A DNA stretch of 38,026 nt from Bacteroidota bacterium (GTDB lineage: Bacteria > Bacteroidota > Ignavibacteria > Kapaibacteriales > NICIL-2), in assembly GCA_046052705.1 (NCBI GenBank), contig JBJOLU010000013.1, positions 1 to 38,026 of the forward strand. The letters run 5' to 3'. The notes beneath the pieces are model-generated. The model saw only the letters and a list, made by a program, of their open reading frames with translations, ran no database searches and was not told the DNA's origin. This document shows, one piece after another, positions 8,529 through 16,859 of this stretch (position 1 is the first letter of the stretch; the number at the start of each line of letters is the position of its first letter). A program made the position numbers and the translations under genes.

Positions 8529-10577
8529 ATGCCACATCAATCACACACACTTATAGCTCGTACAGCCGAAGCGGATTTTCTTCGATCGGCAAAAGAGAGT
8601 GCGCGCGCCGCACGCGGCCGTGTACTGGTGGTGAAGGGAGAGAGCGGATTCGGAAAATCCCTTCTTATGCAAACAGTTTGCGATGAGCTCGTAGCAGAGA
8701 TGCAGGTACATGCAGTTCTTCTGGAATGCGAAGCTCCCATCGGCAAGCTTAGTGTGTCGTCTCTGCAAACCATGCAGCCCTTTGTGCGTGCGCTTGAAGC
8801 ACTTGTGCGCCTGAACAGCAGTGCAGCCAAGAAGAGACTGGCAATGAACATCGGTCTTTCGGTGTTGGGCTTGATACCCTTTGCCGGCGCCATCTTCGAC
8901 ATGACCAAAGAAGTTATGCGAGACCTTCGGGAGTATCGCAAGGAGCAGGAGAAATCCGGTGCGAAGAGCGCGATAGACACCGTGATGAACGAACTCCTGC
9001 AATCGTTTGTAGCCATTGCCGCCGAGAAGCCTTTTGTGTTGTTCTTGGACGAAGCGCATCGCATGGATGCTGAGTCGTTCCGCTTTTTGTCGTTCTTGCA
9101 AAGCTCGCCTACGCCATTGCCCTTTAGTGTGGTGGTAGCTATTCAACAAGCCGAAGCCGAGAAAAACAACCCGGCATGTATGGCATGGCTGAACGGCATG
9201 AGCGCAGAGCAATGCATCACCCTTGGCGCTTTTGATGCCGATGCAGTGCGCGCGTGCGTGCGCTCGTACTTTCCGGGCAAGACATCACTTGCCGGTTTGG
9301 ATGATTGGCTTCTGCGCCGCACAGCGGGCGTGCCCATAGCCGTATGCGAGTACCTGGAGTATTTCACGTTGCACTCTCCGTACAGAGACGACGGCAGCTT
9401 AGATACAGAGGTGCTGGCTTCGCAGGCAATTCCCGTATCGCTGCAAGCGTTGCTCTCGAGAAACATAGAAGGCCTTTCGGAGCAAGACGCAAATCTTCTG
9501 GCTATGTGCAGTGCGGAGGGTCGAGAGTTCAGTGTGTATGTGCTTGCACGACTGATGAACACCGATGTATTAAGCGCGCTTCGCGAGTTGAAGTCGTTGC
9601 AGTTTCGCACCGGTTTGATACGCAGCACGGGGCCACAGCCCCGGTACGGCATGAAGACTACCGTGTATGAGTTTTCGCAAGCGGTGCACCACACCTTGTT
9701 CTATGCCAAGCTAGAGCACGAGGAGCGTATAGAGCTACACGATCGCATCGCGCATATTCTGCGCGAGTGCTTTGATGCCGCCACAGACGAATTGCTACAA
9801 CAACAATTAGCGCCCTACATTGCAGCGCACGCTCTAGAGGCAGGCGATGAAGACACTGCACGCGCAATGCTCATGGTTACCGCACAAGGCGCAGCAGATC
9901 TGGGCTACACGGGAGTGATCGACGAAGTAACTTCCGTGATTCGTGATTTCCGCGAAGCGCAAAGTGAGCAGGTGCTTCAGGAGCTGTCTACTCTTCGTGT
10001 GGACGCTGATGCAAGCGACAGCGACAATACAACTACGTTGCCCGGCAGCGGCACACGCGAGCTCGACGCCGCGTGCTACGCGGTGCGAGACAAAGCTCTG
10101 GATCTATTCCTTGGCGGTGATGCAGGCGGAGCAGCAGAGCTGTTGCAGAAATTCTGTGAGCAATGGGAAGGTTTACTTAGTGTTCGAGACTTCGTGCTCT
10201 TGTATGCAATGCGAGCGCGGTGCGAATCGGTAGCAGGCAGGCACGAGCTTGCTGCAGACCTGGTAAAGACAGCCCAAGAGATGGTACTCCGCGCGCCGAA
10301 TGCGGATTCGCAGTGCATACTGGATAATGTGGCCGGGACTGTGGCCTATAGCCGGGGTAAATCTGCCGAGGGCATGTATCATTTGCAGCAAGCGGCTCGT
10401 GCTGCTGCATCCGCCGGCGACGATTGCCGGCTCCTTACGGTGACGAACATTGCGTTTGCGGTTCAATCCACAAATCAACGGCAGTACCGCATCTTCCATC
10501 GCATGGCGCATCAGTTGTGCAGTGCCTTGCACTATCATGAATTTCGCGCAGCTATACTGGAACATAGCGCGCGTTGA
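8529..10577 (+). CDS. P-loop STAND / AAA_16-type ATPase with winged-helix and helical-repeat (TPR-like) C-terminal region
   Basis: 682 aa. Walker A is VVKGESGFGKSLL (aa 34-46) and Walker B is FVLFLDEAHRMD (aa 169-180). A winged-helix-like segment typical of MalT/AAA_16 STAND proteins follows (LSEQDANLLAMCSAEGREFSVYVLARLMN...YEFSQAVHHTLFYAKLEHEERIELHDRIAHIL). The last ~250 aa are Ala/Leu-rich helical repeats. There is no N-terminal effector domain. Confidence 0.7.
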   Translation: MPHQSHTLIARTAEADFLRSAKESARAARGRVLVVKGESGFGKSLLMQTVCDELVAEMQVHAVLLECEAPIGKLSVSSLQTMQPFVRALEALVRLNSSAAKKRLAMNIGLSVLGLIPFAGAIFDMTKEVMRDLREYRKEQEKSGAKSAIDTVMNELLQSFVAIAAEKPFVLFLDEAHRMDAESFRFLSFLQSSPTPLPFSVVVAIQQAEAEKNNPACMAWLNGMSAEQCITLGAFDADAVRACVRSYFPGKTSLAGLDDWLLRRTAGVPIAVCEYLEYFTLHSPYRDDGSLDTEVLASQAIPVSLQALLSRNIEGLSEQDANLLAMCSAEGREFSVYVLARLMNTDVLSALRELKSLQFRTGLIRSTGPQPRYGMKTTVYEFSQAVHHTLFYAKLEHEERIELHDRIAHILRECFDAATDELLQQQLAPYIAAHALEAGDEDTARAMLMVTAQGAADLGYTGVIDEVTSVIRDFREAQSEQVLQELSTLRVDADASDSDNTTTLPGSGTRELDAACYAVRDKALDLFLGGDAGGAAELLQKFCEQWEGLLSVRDFVLLYAMRARCESVAGRHELAADLVKTAQEMVLRAPNADSQCILDNVAGTVAYSRGKSAEGMYHLQQAARAAASAGDDCRLLTVTNIAFAVQSTNQRQYRIFHRMAHQLCSALHYHEFRAAILEHSAR

Positions 10578-10652
10578 TCCACACGCCACGAGGCCTTCTA
10601 TCGCAATGCGTTCGCCTCGTGCTGCTATGCGATAGCAACGTGCTGTAAGTCG

Positions 10653-11348
10653 TTAGTACGGGATATGAATCTCTGCCCCGCCCACGGCGAATCGACCGCG
10701 GCCGCTACCGCCCTGCCTGTACACCTGAGTAATACACTGCATATCCAGCATCAGCACAATCTCCCGACGATTCGTTGCTTTCCATGCCATGACACGTGCG
10801 AACGACTCTACCGGTGATGAAGGAGGCTTTGCAGACACTATAGGAATGCGGGTGTATTTGTACGTAGGCTTCTCGGAAGTAAGTACGGTAAAAGCAACTT
10901 CTCCGTTGTACAACCACTGCCAACTTTGGCCATAAATAGGAAGTGAGTCTATACGTACCTGTATACTGCGCACATTCACTTCTCGGGCGTCGAACGGATC
11001 TTTCACCAACGGCGAAAGGGACATGTTCATGCTAAGCATTGGCACTGCACCGGTAGTATCCACAACAAACGAGGAGCTATCGGTGATTCCCAAGTACGGC
11101 GCGCGATTGCTGAACACCATGGGCACATATGCCGAGCCCACATCATCAAGCAAGAGCACCGATGTGTTTACCGAATCCTGAGTGACAATAGCCGGCTTGG
11201 GATGTACGGGCTTGCCATCAATAGGCCCGGTGATAGGATCTTTGAAGCACCCTATCATCACCAGAGCCGGTAATAGTACTGCTGCCCACAGCACTCGAAT
11301 ACTCTTGAGTGTTGTAGCAGATGTTGTATTCATTTTCAACTTCATCAT
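10653..11348 (-). CDS. Hypothetical lipoprotein
   Basis: 231 aa. Signal peptide with a lipobox-like LVMIGC (MMKLKMNTTSATTLKSIRVLWAAVLLPALVMIGCFKD). It is the last gene of the ECF sigma / anti-sigma unit on the minus strand. Confidence 0.6.
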   Translation of the reverse strand: MMKLKMNTTSATTLKSIRVLWAAVLLPALVMIGCFKDPITGPIDGKPVHPKPAIVTQDSVNTSVLLLDDVGSAYVPMVFSNRAPYLGITDSSSFVVDTTGAVPMLSMNMSLSPLVKDPFDAREVNVRSIQVRIDSLPIYGQSWQWLYNGEVAFTVLTSEKPTYKYTRIPIVSAKPPSSPVESFARVMAWKATNRREIVLMLDMQCITQVYRQGGSGRGRFAVGGAEIHIPY

Positions 11349-11456
11349 TGCCGTTCAACGATTGCTCGTTGCCTTGTGTTAATATTCGTCGTGTGTATGC
11401 TTATCTCTACCCTCTCGCGTCTGCTTGCGCGTCTGCGATTACTGCCTAGAACTATT

Positions 11457-12764
11457 CTACAACTGATATCCAATGCCGTAGGTGATGCCCAGCTTTGGTG
11501 TGGTATATGATGTTCCCTGCACGTTATAGAACAAGCCCGTGGTCTCGAAGCCGAACATCATGCGAAGGTTTGTGGTGGGCGCGTAGGTAGTGCCAAACAA
11601 ACCTTTGCCCAAAAATCCATAATTGGTGAAGCCGCCATTGAATTGAAAGAAGGGCTGCCAGCCGTGTTCGCGCAGCGAAGGGAATGGGTACAACTGCGCC
11701 TGAGCCGAGCCCCACAATAAGTTCTGGGTAGATTCATAGCGCATCAAATTTCCGTCGGAGATTCCTCGGAACGACATCGCAAAGGGCTCGCGGCCAATCT
11801 CGACGCCGGCGCCAAACCAATCGTTGAAGGTATAAAAAACACTCAGTGCCAGATTATTCAAGCCACCATCGTTTGCTGCAGCTGCGGCAACATCAACAGT
11901 TGATGCAGCGCTGATCGACCGCAGCGAAGCAGAAAAGGTGCGGGCAAAAGAGCGCGGCATAAAAGTTTTTCCCGGCAGCTCGCGCGTACCATTTACCACT
12001 TCGGGCAAGGGAGTTGATTCCGGCTCACTGCGCCGTATGGTAATTGAAGCCGGCCGAGTTTGCGAAACACCGGACTCCAGCACTTCGGGAGCTACAGCAA
12101 GCGAAGACTGCGATGCAGTTGATTGCTTTGCTGCCTCGGGCAAAGAGTTCGCCGTGGTGCCTGAAGCTGCCGAGGAATGATGATCTGCAACATCATGATT
12201 AGCAAGAGGAGAAGCAACCGTGGAAGCAACCGTGGAAGCAACAGGAGCAACAACGGCAGGAGTAAGACGGTCAGCTGCCACCGGCACACGCTCCACTACT
12301 CTTTGCGTTTTTACCACTACTACCGTGTCGTGAACAATCACTGCATTTGCTGCTACCGATGCACCGGGCACTTCTATGGATGCAGCGGTTTGCGCAGTTG
12401 CGGGCACGCTGCTCTGCGCAGCGCCCGGCGATACCGCGTACCAAGTTACCGCACCACCTACCGCAGCGGCGGCCAGCGGAGCCCAAATCTTCGACCACAA
12501 TGCAGAGAGCCAGCCCTCGCTGACAAGCAACGACGTAGACATTCCCAAAGCACCAAACACGGCGGCGGTAGATGCTATAGGAGGAACGATTGCCGCACGA
12601 TCGCGCTTCACTGCGCGTTGCATGGCAAGCAGGTCCCGCATCTCCGAACGAAGCTCGGTGCTGGAATTCAGCTCTGCAAACAGCGTGGGTTCAAGGTTCG
12701 CGTCCAGCTCCCCTTCCACGAACGAGTGCAATAACTCTGATGATGTTATATCCGAATGTTCCAT
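11457..12764 (-). CDS. Putative anti-sigma factor: N-terminal anti-sigma helix, one TM, low-complexity linker and a beta-rich C-terminal domain
   Basis: 435 aa, immediately downstream of an ECF sigma gene. The N-terminus LLHSFVEGELDANLEPTLFAELNSSTELRSEMRDLLAMQRAV resembles anti-sigma N-terminal domains. A TM segment lies around LSALWSKIWAPLAAAAVGGAVTWYAV. An Ala/Val/Thr/Ser-rich linker follows, then a Gly/aromatic-rich C-terminus ending GITYGIGYQL. Confidence 0.6.
   Translation of the reverse strand: MEHSDITSSELLHSFVEGELDANLEPTLFAELNSSTELRSEMRDLLAMQRAVKRDRAAIVPPIASTAAVFGALGMSTSLLVSEGWLSALWSKIWAPLAAAAVGGAVTWYAVSPGAAQSSVPATAQTAASIEVPGASVAANAVIVHDTVVVVKTQRVVERVPVAADRLTPAVVAPVASTVASTVASPLANHDVADHHSSAASGTTANSLPEAAKQSTASQSSLAVAPEVLESGVSQTRPASITIRRSEPESTPLPEVVNGTRELPGKTFMPRSFARTFSASLRSISAASTVDVAAAAANDGGLNNLALSVFYTFNDWFGAGVEIGREPFAMSFRGISDGNLMRYESTQNLLWGSAQAQLYPFPSLREHGWQPFFQFNGGFTNYGFLGKGLFGTTYAPTTNLRMMFGFETTGLFYNVQGTSYTTPKLGITYGIGYQL
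12211..12242 (-). repeat. In-frame 12-nt tandem repeat (about 2.7 copies) inside the anti-sigma linker
   Basis: GAAGCAACCGTG occurs at 12211-12222 and 12223-12234, with a partial third copy. It encodes VASTVASTVAS on the minus strand. Confidence 0.8.
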
Positions 12765-12835
12765 TGTTCACCTGTACGGTGGTAGTTCAAACTCAAACTG
12801 TCCCGTTGCACGGGATGTAGTAACCGACTATGCAC

Positions 12836-13411
12836 CTAACTGTTCAGATCCTGGAGATACGGTGCAAGTAACTCCCGAATTTTTTGCTTGGCTCGGAACG
12901 AACGGATCTTTGCCGTCGCTTCCGTACAGCCCACAATCTCTCCTATCTCCGCGTACGACAACCCGTCGTATTCGCGAAGCACAAAAACATCTTTGTATTC
13001 AAATGATAACTGCTCAATTGCTTTATCGATGAGCGAGAGCAACTCTTGCTTCTCGCCATCGTTAGAACCATGCGCACCGTGAAAATCTTCCAACTCCACA
13101 AAGCGCTGGCTTCCGTAATCGCGTTTGGCATTCAAGCACAGGTTTCGAGCAATGCGCAGGATGTAAGCCGCCACATTTGTCATGTCGCGTTCTTGCTGCG
13201 CGCTTTTGTAAAAGCGAATGAAGGTGTCTTGAAAAACATCCTGAGCCAGATCTACATCGTTCAGCACCTTTTTGCAATAGGCAAAAATGCGCGGCGATAA
13301 GCGCGTGTACAGTTCCTTGAAGGCTGCCTCGCTTAGACGGCGATCGCTGTCTGCTCCAATACGAATAAAGGAGAAGAGCTCGATCTCGGAGTATGTTTCC
13401 ATTCCGTTCAT
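12836..13411 (-). CDS. ECF-type RNA polymerase sigma-70 family factor
   Basis: 191 aa. Region 2 is LAQDVFQDTFIRFYKS...AYILRIARNLCLN. Region 4 is VFVLREYDGLSYAEIGEIVGCTEATAKIRSFRAKQKIRELL. Confidence 0.9.
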   Translation of the reverse strand: MNGMETYSEIELFSFIRIGADSDRRLSEAAFKELYTRLSPRIFAYCKKVLNDVDLAQDVFQDTFIRFYKSAQQERDMTNVAAYILRIARNLCLNAKRDYGSQRFVELEDFHGAHGSNDGEKQELLSLIDKAIEQLSFEYKDVFVLREYDGLSYAEIGEIVGCTEATAKIRSFRAKQKIRELLAPYLQDLNS

Positions 13412-13801
13412 TTCGAAGCAAACTACAGGATTGTGGCTAATAATGGCCGACCCGCTGCGAACCCGGTCCGTATACGGTCCCCACTGCGGTTAATACAACG
13501 GTCCGTACCATCTAGGCTACATCAATAACCCCCAAAGCTCGAATAGGTAACATTGCATCGGAAAAGACACCAAAACACTCTATTCCGTGTTGTGTACTTA
13601 CATCGTTGTTAAACTTCTTCACACCCTGCATCGTCTACGCTATATTGTACAGCTACATTGTGATTGTCATTTCATTGTGCATTCACCATTCAGGTATTGT
13701 GTGATTCATGCAATGGTTTGAGTTTGCGCAGACTTCGTGGCTTCTCTTCTCCGGAAAAAACAGAAACAACAATAGTATAGTTTCATTATTTGTTCTCTCT
13801 C

Positions 13802-16708
13802 ATGAACTCTTTTCGTCTCCTTTTTGTCACCTGTTGTGTGACGCTTGCGTTGGCGTGCTCCCTGGCCGTTACCGCTCAATCACAGATCGACATGCCGGAT
13901 GGTGAAGCCGTGCTTGCGGTCAATGTTATTACCGAAGCAACGCCGGCGCAGTATGTGCGTCTTGCGGCTACTCGTGGCCGTGTGTACGCGTCACGGTGGA
14001 GCTCCGGTATTTGGACGAAGAACGCAATGATCTTCGAAGTTCCCTATAGCCGTCGCATCGTTGATGCTGCGTTGAAAACCGGTGAGACCGGATCAATGCG
14101 CAGTTACGCTGTGTTGCTTGACAATGGCGATGTCAGTGTCCTACGTTTTGATGTCAACACGCTGCTTCCCGATAAGACTATTCAGAATATCGCTTCGCCC
14201 TTTGTTCCTCAGGGTGGCGGCTTTAATCAACAGACATACAAGAAAATCCTTTTCGCAGGCGGACTCAAGCTCCACTTCGGAAATGTTGTCTATGCTAATC
14301 CTCTTGATGGTTCGCCCTACACGCTGGACTCCGCCGGTCAGGGTCGCACCAATATCCAGGACATTGCTGTTGACATGCAAGGCAATCTGTTTGCCGCATC
14401 AACGCGCGGCATTGTGACATGGAACAACTCCGCATCAAAGTGGCAACGCGTTAGCGGATTTGACTCAACACTTAGTCCTACTGCACTCTTTATTGCCCGT
14501 GACGGCCGCATGTTTGCCTCCGTTGCCAACAAGGGTGTGTATTCTTCCATAAACAACGGCTCCTCCTGGGCATTGGACACCGCGGGCTCCGGCAACATTG
14601 CCTTCGCTCGTTATGGCGATGATGCTTCGAACAATATGTATGCAGTAGTCAATACCACGAACACCACCTCTGCGTTGTATCGCAAGATGGGTGCAGGTAT
14701 GGGATGGTCGCGCATTGATTCAAGCTTGACCTTGACTGTTGGCGGCATTGTACGCATTAATGATCTTGCAGGAGATGCATCTCTGGAGCTGGGAACAACG
14801 GTTGGTGTTATGTCGTCCACAAAGAATGGCGACGACTGGTCGAACAATACCTTTGGTATTGCTGCAGAGGATATATACGGTTTGCAATTTTTCCCGGGCA
14901 ACGTTACTGTAGTAAGTACGTCGCTAGGAATGTTCAAGAAAACGGCTACGTGGTCTCGTACCTTTCCCTCTACAGGTTTTAACGGCACGCGTCCTTTGCA
15001 ACGCAGCGCCAACACGCTGTCGTTCCAACTTGCAGGCACCGGCCAAGGTACTACCGCTCAACAAGGTCTTATCTACACCAGTACGGACCAGGGTTCCACG
15101 TGGACTCTCGATACTACCGGACTCTCCGCAGTTCCCGGCAGCACAAGCAATCAGATCCCCTCGGTTTTTGGCGTTGATATGTCGGGCAAGAAATTCATCG
15201 CAACAGGCTCGCCTATTTCTGTATACTCCACACCGTGGGCTCTAGACACCGCAGGCTTTTATCAACCCACCGGTACAAGCGCTGCATCACTCATTTATTC
15301 CGATCCTTTGAGCACCGTGTATGTATGCGGAGCGATATATGGCGGAGGAGGTGGTGGTGGCTTTCAAGTGCGCGATATCGTGCTAAATCGTCGCACGGCA
15401 AACGGAACTTCATGGACTGTTGATACTACCGGTCTCAACAAACGCCCTGTGTATTCACTGGCATCCGGTATGGATCTTACCTATGCCGGCACCGGCTTGG
15501 TTAATGGCGTCTCGTATCTCTACAAACGCGGAGCTAATGGATGGGAAAATATTCCTGCGCCGGCCACTGCAGTATCGGATGCCCGTGCAGTGGTCATCGA
15601 CTCATCAAAGTCATTGTTCGTTGCTTACTCCGGTGTACTCAGCGCCAACTCACCGAACCGTGGTGTGTATGCTACCAGCGATGATGGTAAGAACTGGGAT
15701 TATGCCGGACTCGACTCCTTGCTTGTGCGTGGACTGTGTGCAACCGGATCGGGTGTATATGCGTTCACGAACCGCGGTAGTTATCTGCTTTCGCGTCGTC
15801 CCTTGCGCACCGCTACCATTCAATTCAGTAAGAACATTATCGACTTCGGTTTGGTGGACGTAGGTGCTACAAAAGACACCGTAATCACCGTGAAAAACAG
15901 TGGCGATGATACCTTGCGTGTAAGTAATCTGCGCACCAATTCGGCAAACTTCACAGCGAATCCGGCGCAGTTTTCCGTTGCGCCAGGCGACTCCAAGAAC
16001 ATCACCATCAGCTTCCGTCCTACCACCGGAGGTCAGGCAGCAACTACCATGCGAAGTGTGGCCAACACTACACCCGACACAGTGTACCTTGTAGGTCAAG
16101 GCAAAGCAGCTAATGTTAAGATCATTCTGGAGAGCCGAAGCATTGATCTTGGTATTGTGAACGTTGGCGACACACGCGATTCCGTTGTATCAATAGCAAA
16201 CGGTGGCACCGACACACTTATCGTTAATGGCGTGAATGCAAGTGTACAGGCCTTGTCTATCGTTCCTTCATCGTTCAAACTTGCGGGCGGCGACAGCACA
16301 ATGATTACCATTCGCTATGCGCCCACAGCAGCCGGTAGTGTGATTGGTTACTTGCGATTCAATTACAACGGGCCGTCGGATTCCATACGCATTCTGGCAC
16401 GCGCAGACATCGCCTCTGTGGACGATCCTACGCTTGTGAACACCTTTGCCTTGTCGTTGCAACCGCACCCTGTTACCGCTGCGAATGCGATGCTGAAGTT
16501 CCGCATGCCTAGCGACGAGTTGATGCGACTTGTACTCGTGAATTCTCTTGGCGAAGAGATGGGAGAAATCTCGTCGGGCATGGTAAGCCAAGGCGAGCAC
16601 GTTATCGATCTGAGTTCGCATGTTCAGAACTTATCTGCCGGAACCTACTTCCTGCGCATGACCACTGCGCACGGTACATCGGCGATGAAGTTTATGCTTG
16701 TCAGATAA
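13802..16708 (+). CDS. Secreted BNR/sortilin-type repeat protein with two Ig-like domains and a T9SS C-terminal sorting domain
   Basis: ORF 13790-16708 starts at TTG, so ATG 13802 is preferred (MNSFRLLFVTCCVTLALACSLAVTAQ signal peptide). It has repeated S-x-D/N-x-G-x-x-W motifs (SSINNGSSWALDTAG, STKNGDDWSNN, STDQGSTWTLDTTG, TANGTSWTVDTTG, TSDDGKNWDYAG). Two duplicated Ig-like modules are present (IDFGLVDVGATKDTVITVKNSGDDTLRVS and IDLGIVNVGDTRDSVVSIANGGTDTLIVN). The tail is T9SS-like (...LVLVNSLGEEMGEI...LSAGTYFLRMTTAHGTSAMKFMLVR). Confidence 0.8.
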   Translation: MNSFRLLFVTCCVTLALACSLAVTAQSQIDMPDGEAVLAVNVITEATPAQYVRLAATRGRVYASRWSSGIWTKNAMIFEVPYSRRIVDAALKTGETGSMRSYAVLLDNGDVSVLRFDVNTLLPDKTIQNIASPFVPQGGGFNQQTYKKILFAGGLKLHFGNVVYANPLDGSPYTLDSAGQGRTNIQDIAVDMQGNLFAASTRGIVTWNNSASKWQRVSGFDSTLSPTALFIARDGRMFASVANKGVYSSINNGSSWALDTAGSGNIAFARYGDDASNNMYAVVNTTNTTSALYRKMGAGMGWSRIDSSLTLTVGGIVRINDLAGDASLELGTTVGVMSSTKNGDDWSNNTFGIAAEDIYGLQFFPGNVTVVSTSLGMFKKTATWSRTFPSTGFNGTRPLQRSANTLSFQLAGTGQGTTAQQGLIYTSTDQGSTWTLDTTGLSAVPGSTSNQIPSVFGVDMSGKKFIATGSPISVYSTPWALDTAGFYQPTGTSAASLIYSDPLSTVYVCGAIYGGGGGGGFQVRDIVLNRRTANGTSWTVDTTGLNKRPVYSLASGMDLTYAGTGLVNGVSYLYKRGANGWENIPAPATAVSDARAVVIDSSKSLFVAYSGVLSANSPNRGVYATSDDGKNWDYAGLDSLLVRGLCATGSGVYAFTNRGSYLLSRRPLRTATIQFSKNIIDFGLVDVGATKDTVITVKNSGDDTLRVSNLRTNSANFTANPAQFSVAPGDSKNITISFRPTTGGQAATTMRSVANTTPDTVYLVGQGKAANVKIILESRSIDLGIVNVGDTRDSVVSIANGGTDTLIVNGVNASVQALSIVPSSFKLAGGDSTMITIRYAPTAAGSVIGYLRFNYNGPSDSIRILARADIASVDDPTLVNTFALSLQPHPVTAANAMLKFRMPSDELMRLVLVNSLGEEMGEISSGMVSQGEHVIDLSSHVQNLSAGTYFLRMTTAHGTSAMKFMLVR

Positions 16709-16754
16709 ATAAGCACGGCGGGGTGTCCGAACACGGACATCCAACCTAAAAAGC

Positions 16755-16790
16755 AAAAGGTGTGCGAGAAATCGCACACCTTTTTTGTTT
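16755..16790. terminator. Bidirectional intrinsic terminator between convergent genes
   Basis: GGTGTGCGA (16759-16767) pairs with TCGCACACC (16772-16780) around a GAAA loop. It is flanked by AAAA upstream and TTTTTTGTTT downstream. Confidence 0.8.
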
Positions 16791-16859
16791 GTAATAGTCT
16801 GTAGTGATCTGCCTGCAGAAAGCAGCAAGCATCATGCATTGCGCATCAAGCGTTACGCA

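Noticed and set aside
15341-15361. A GGN run encoding GGGGGGG within the BNR-repeat protein.
   Set aside because: It is a short in-frame glycine linker inside a well-supported CDS, not a separate element.
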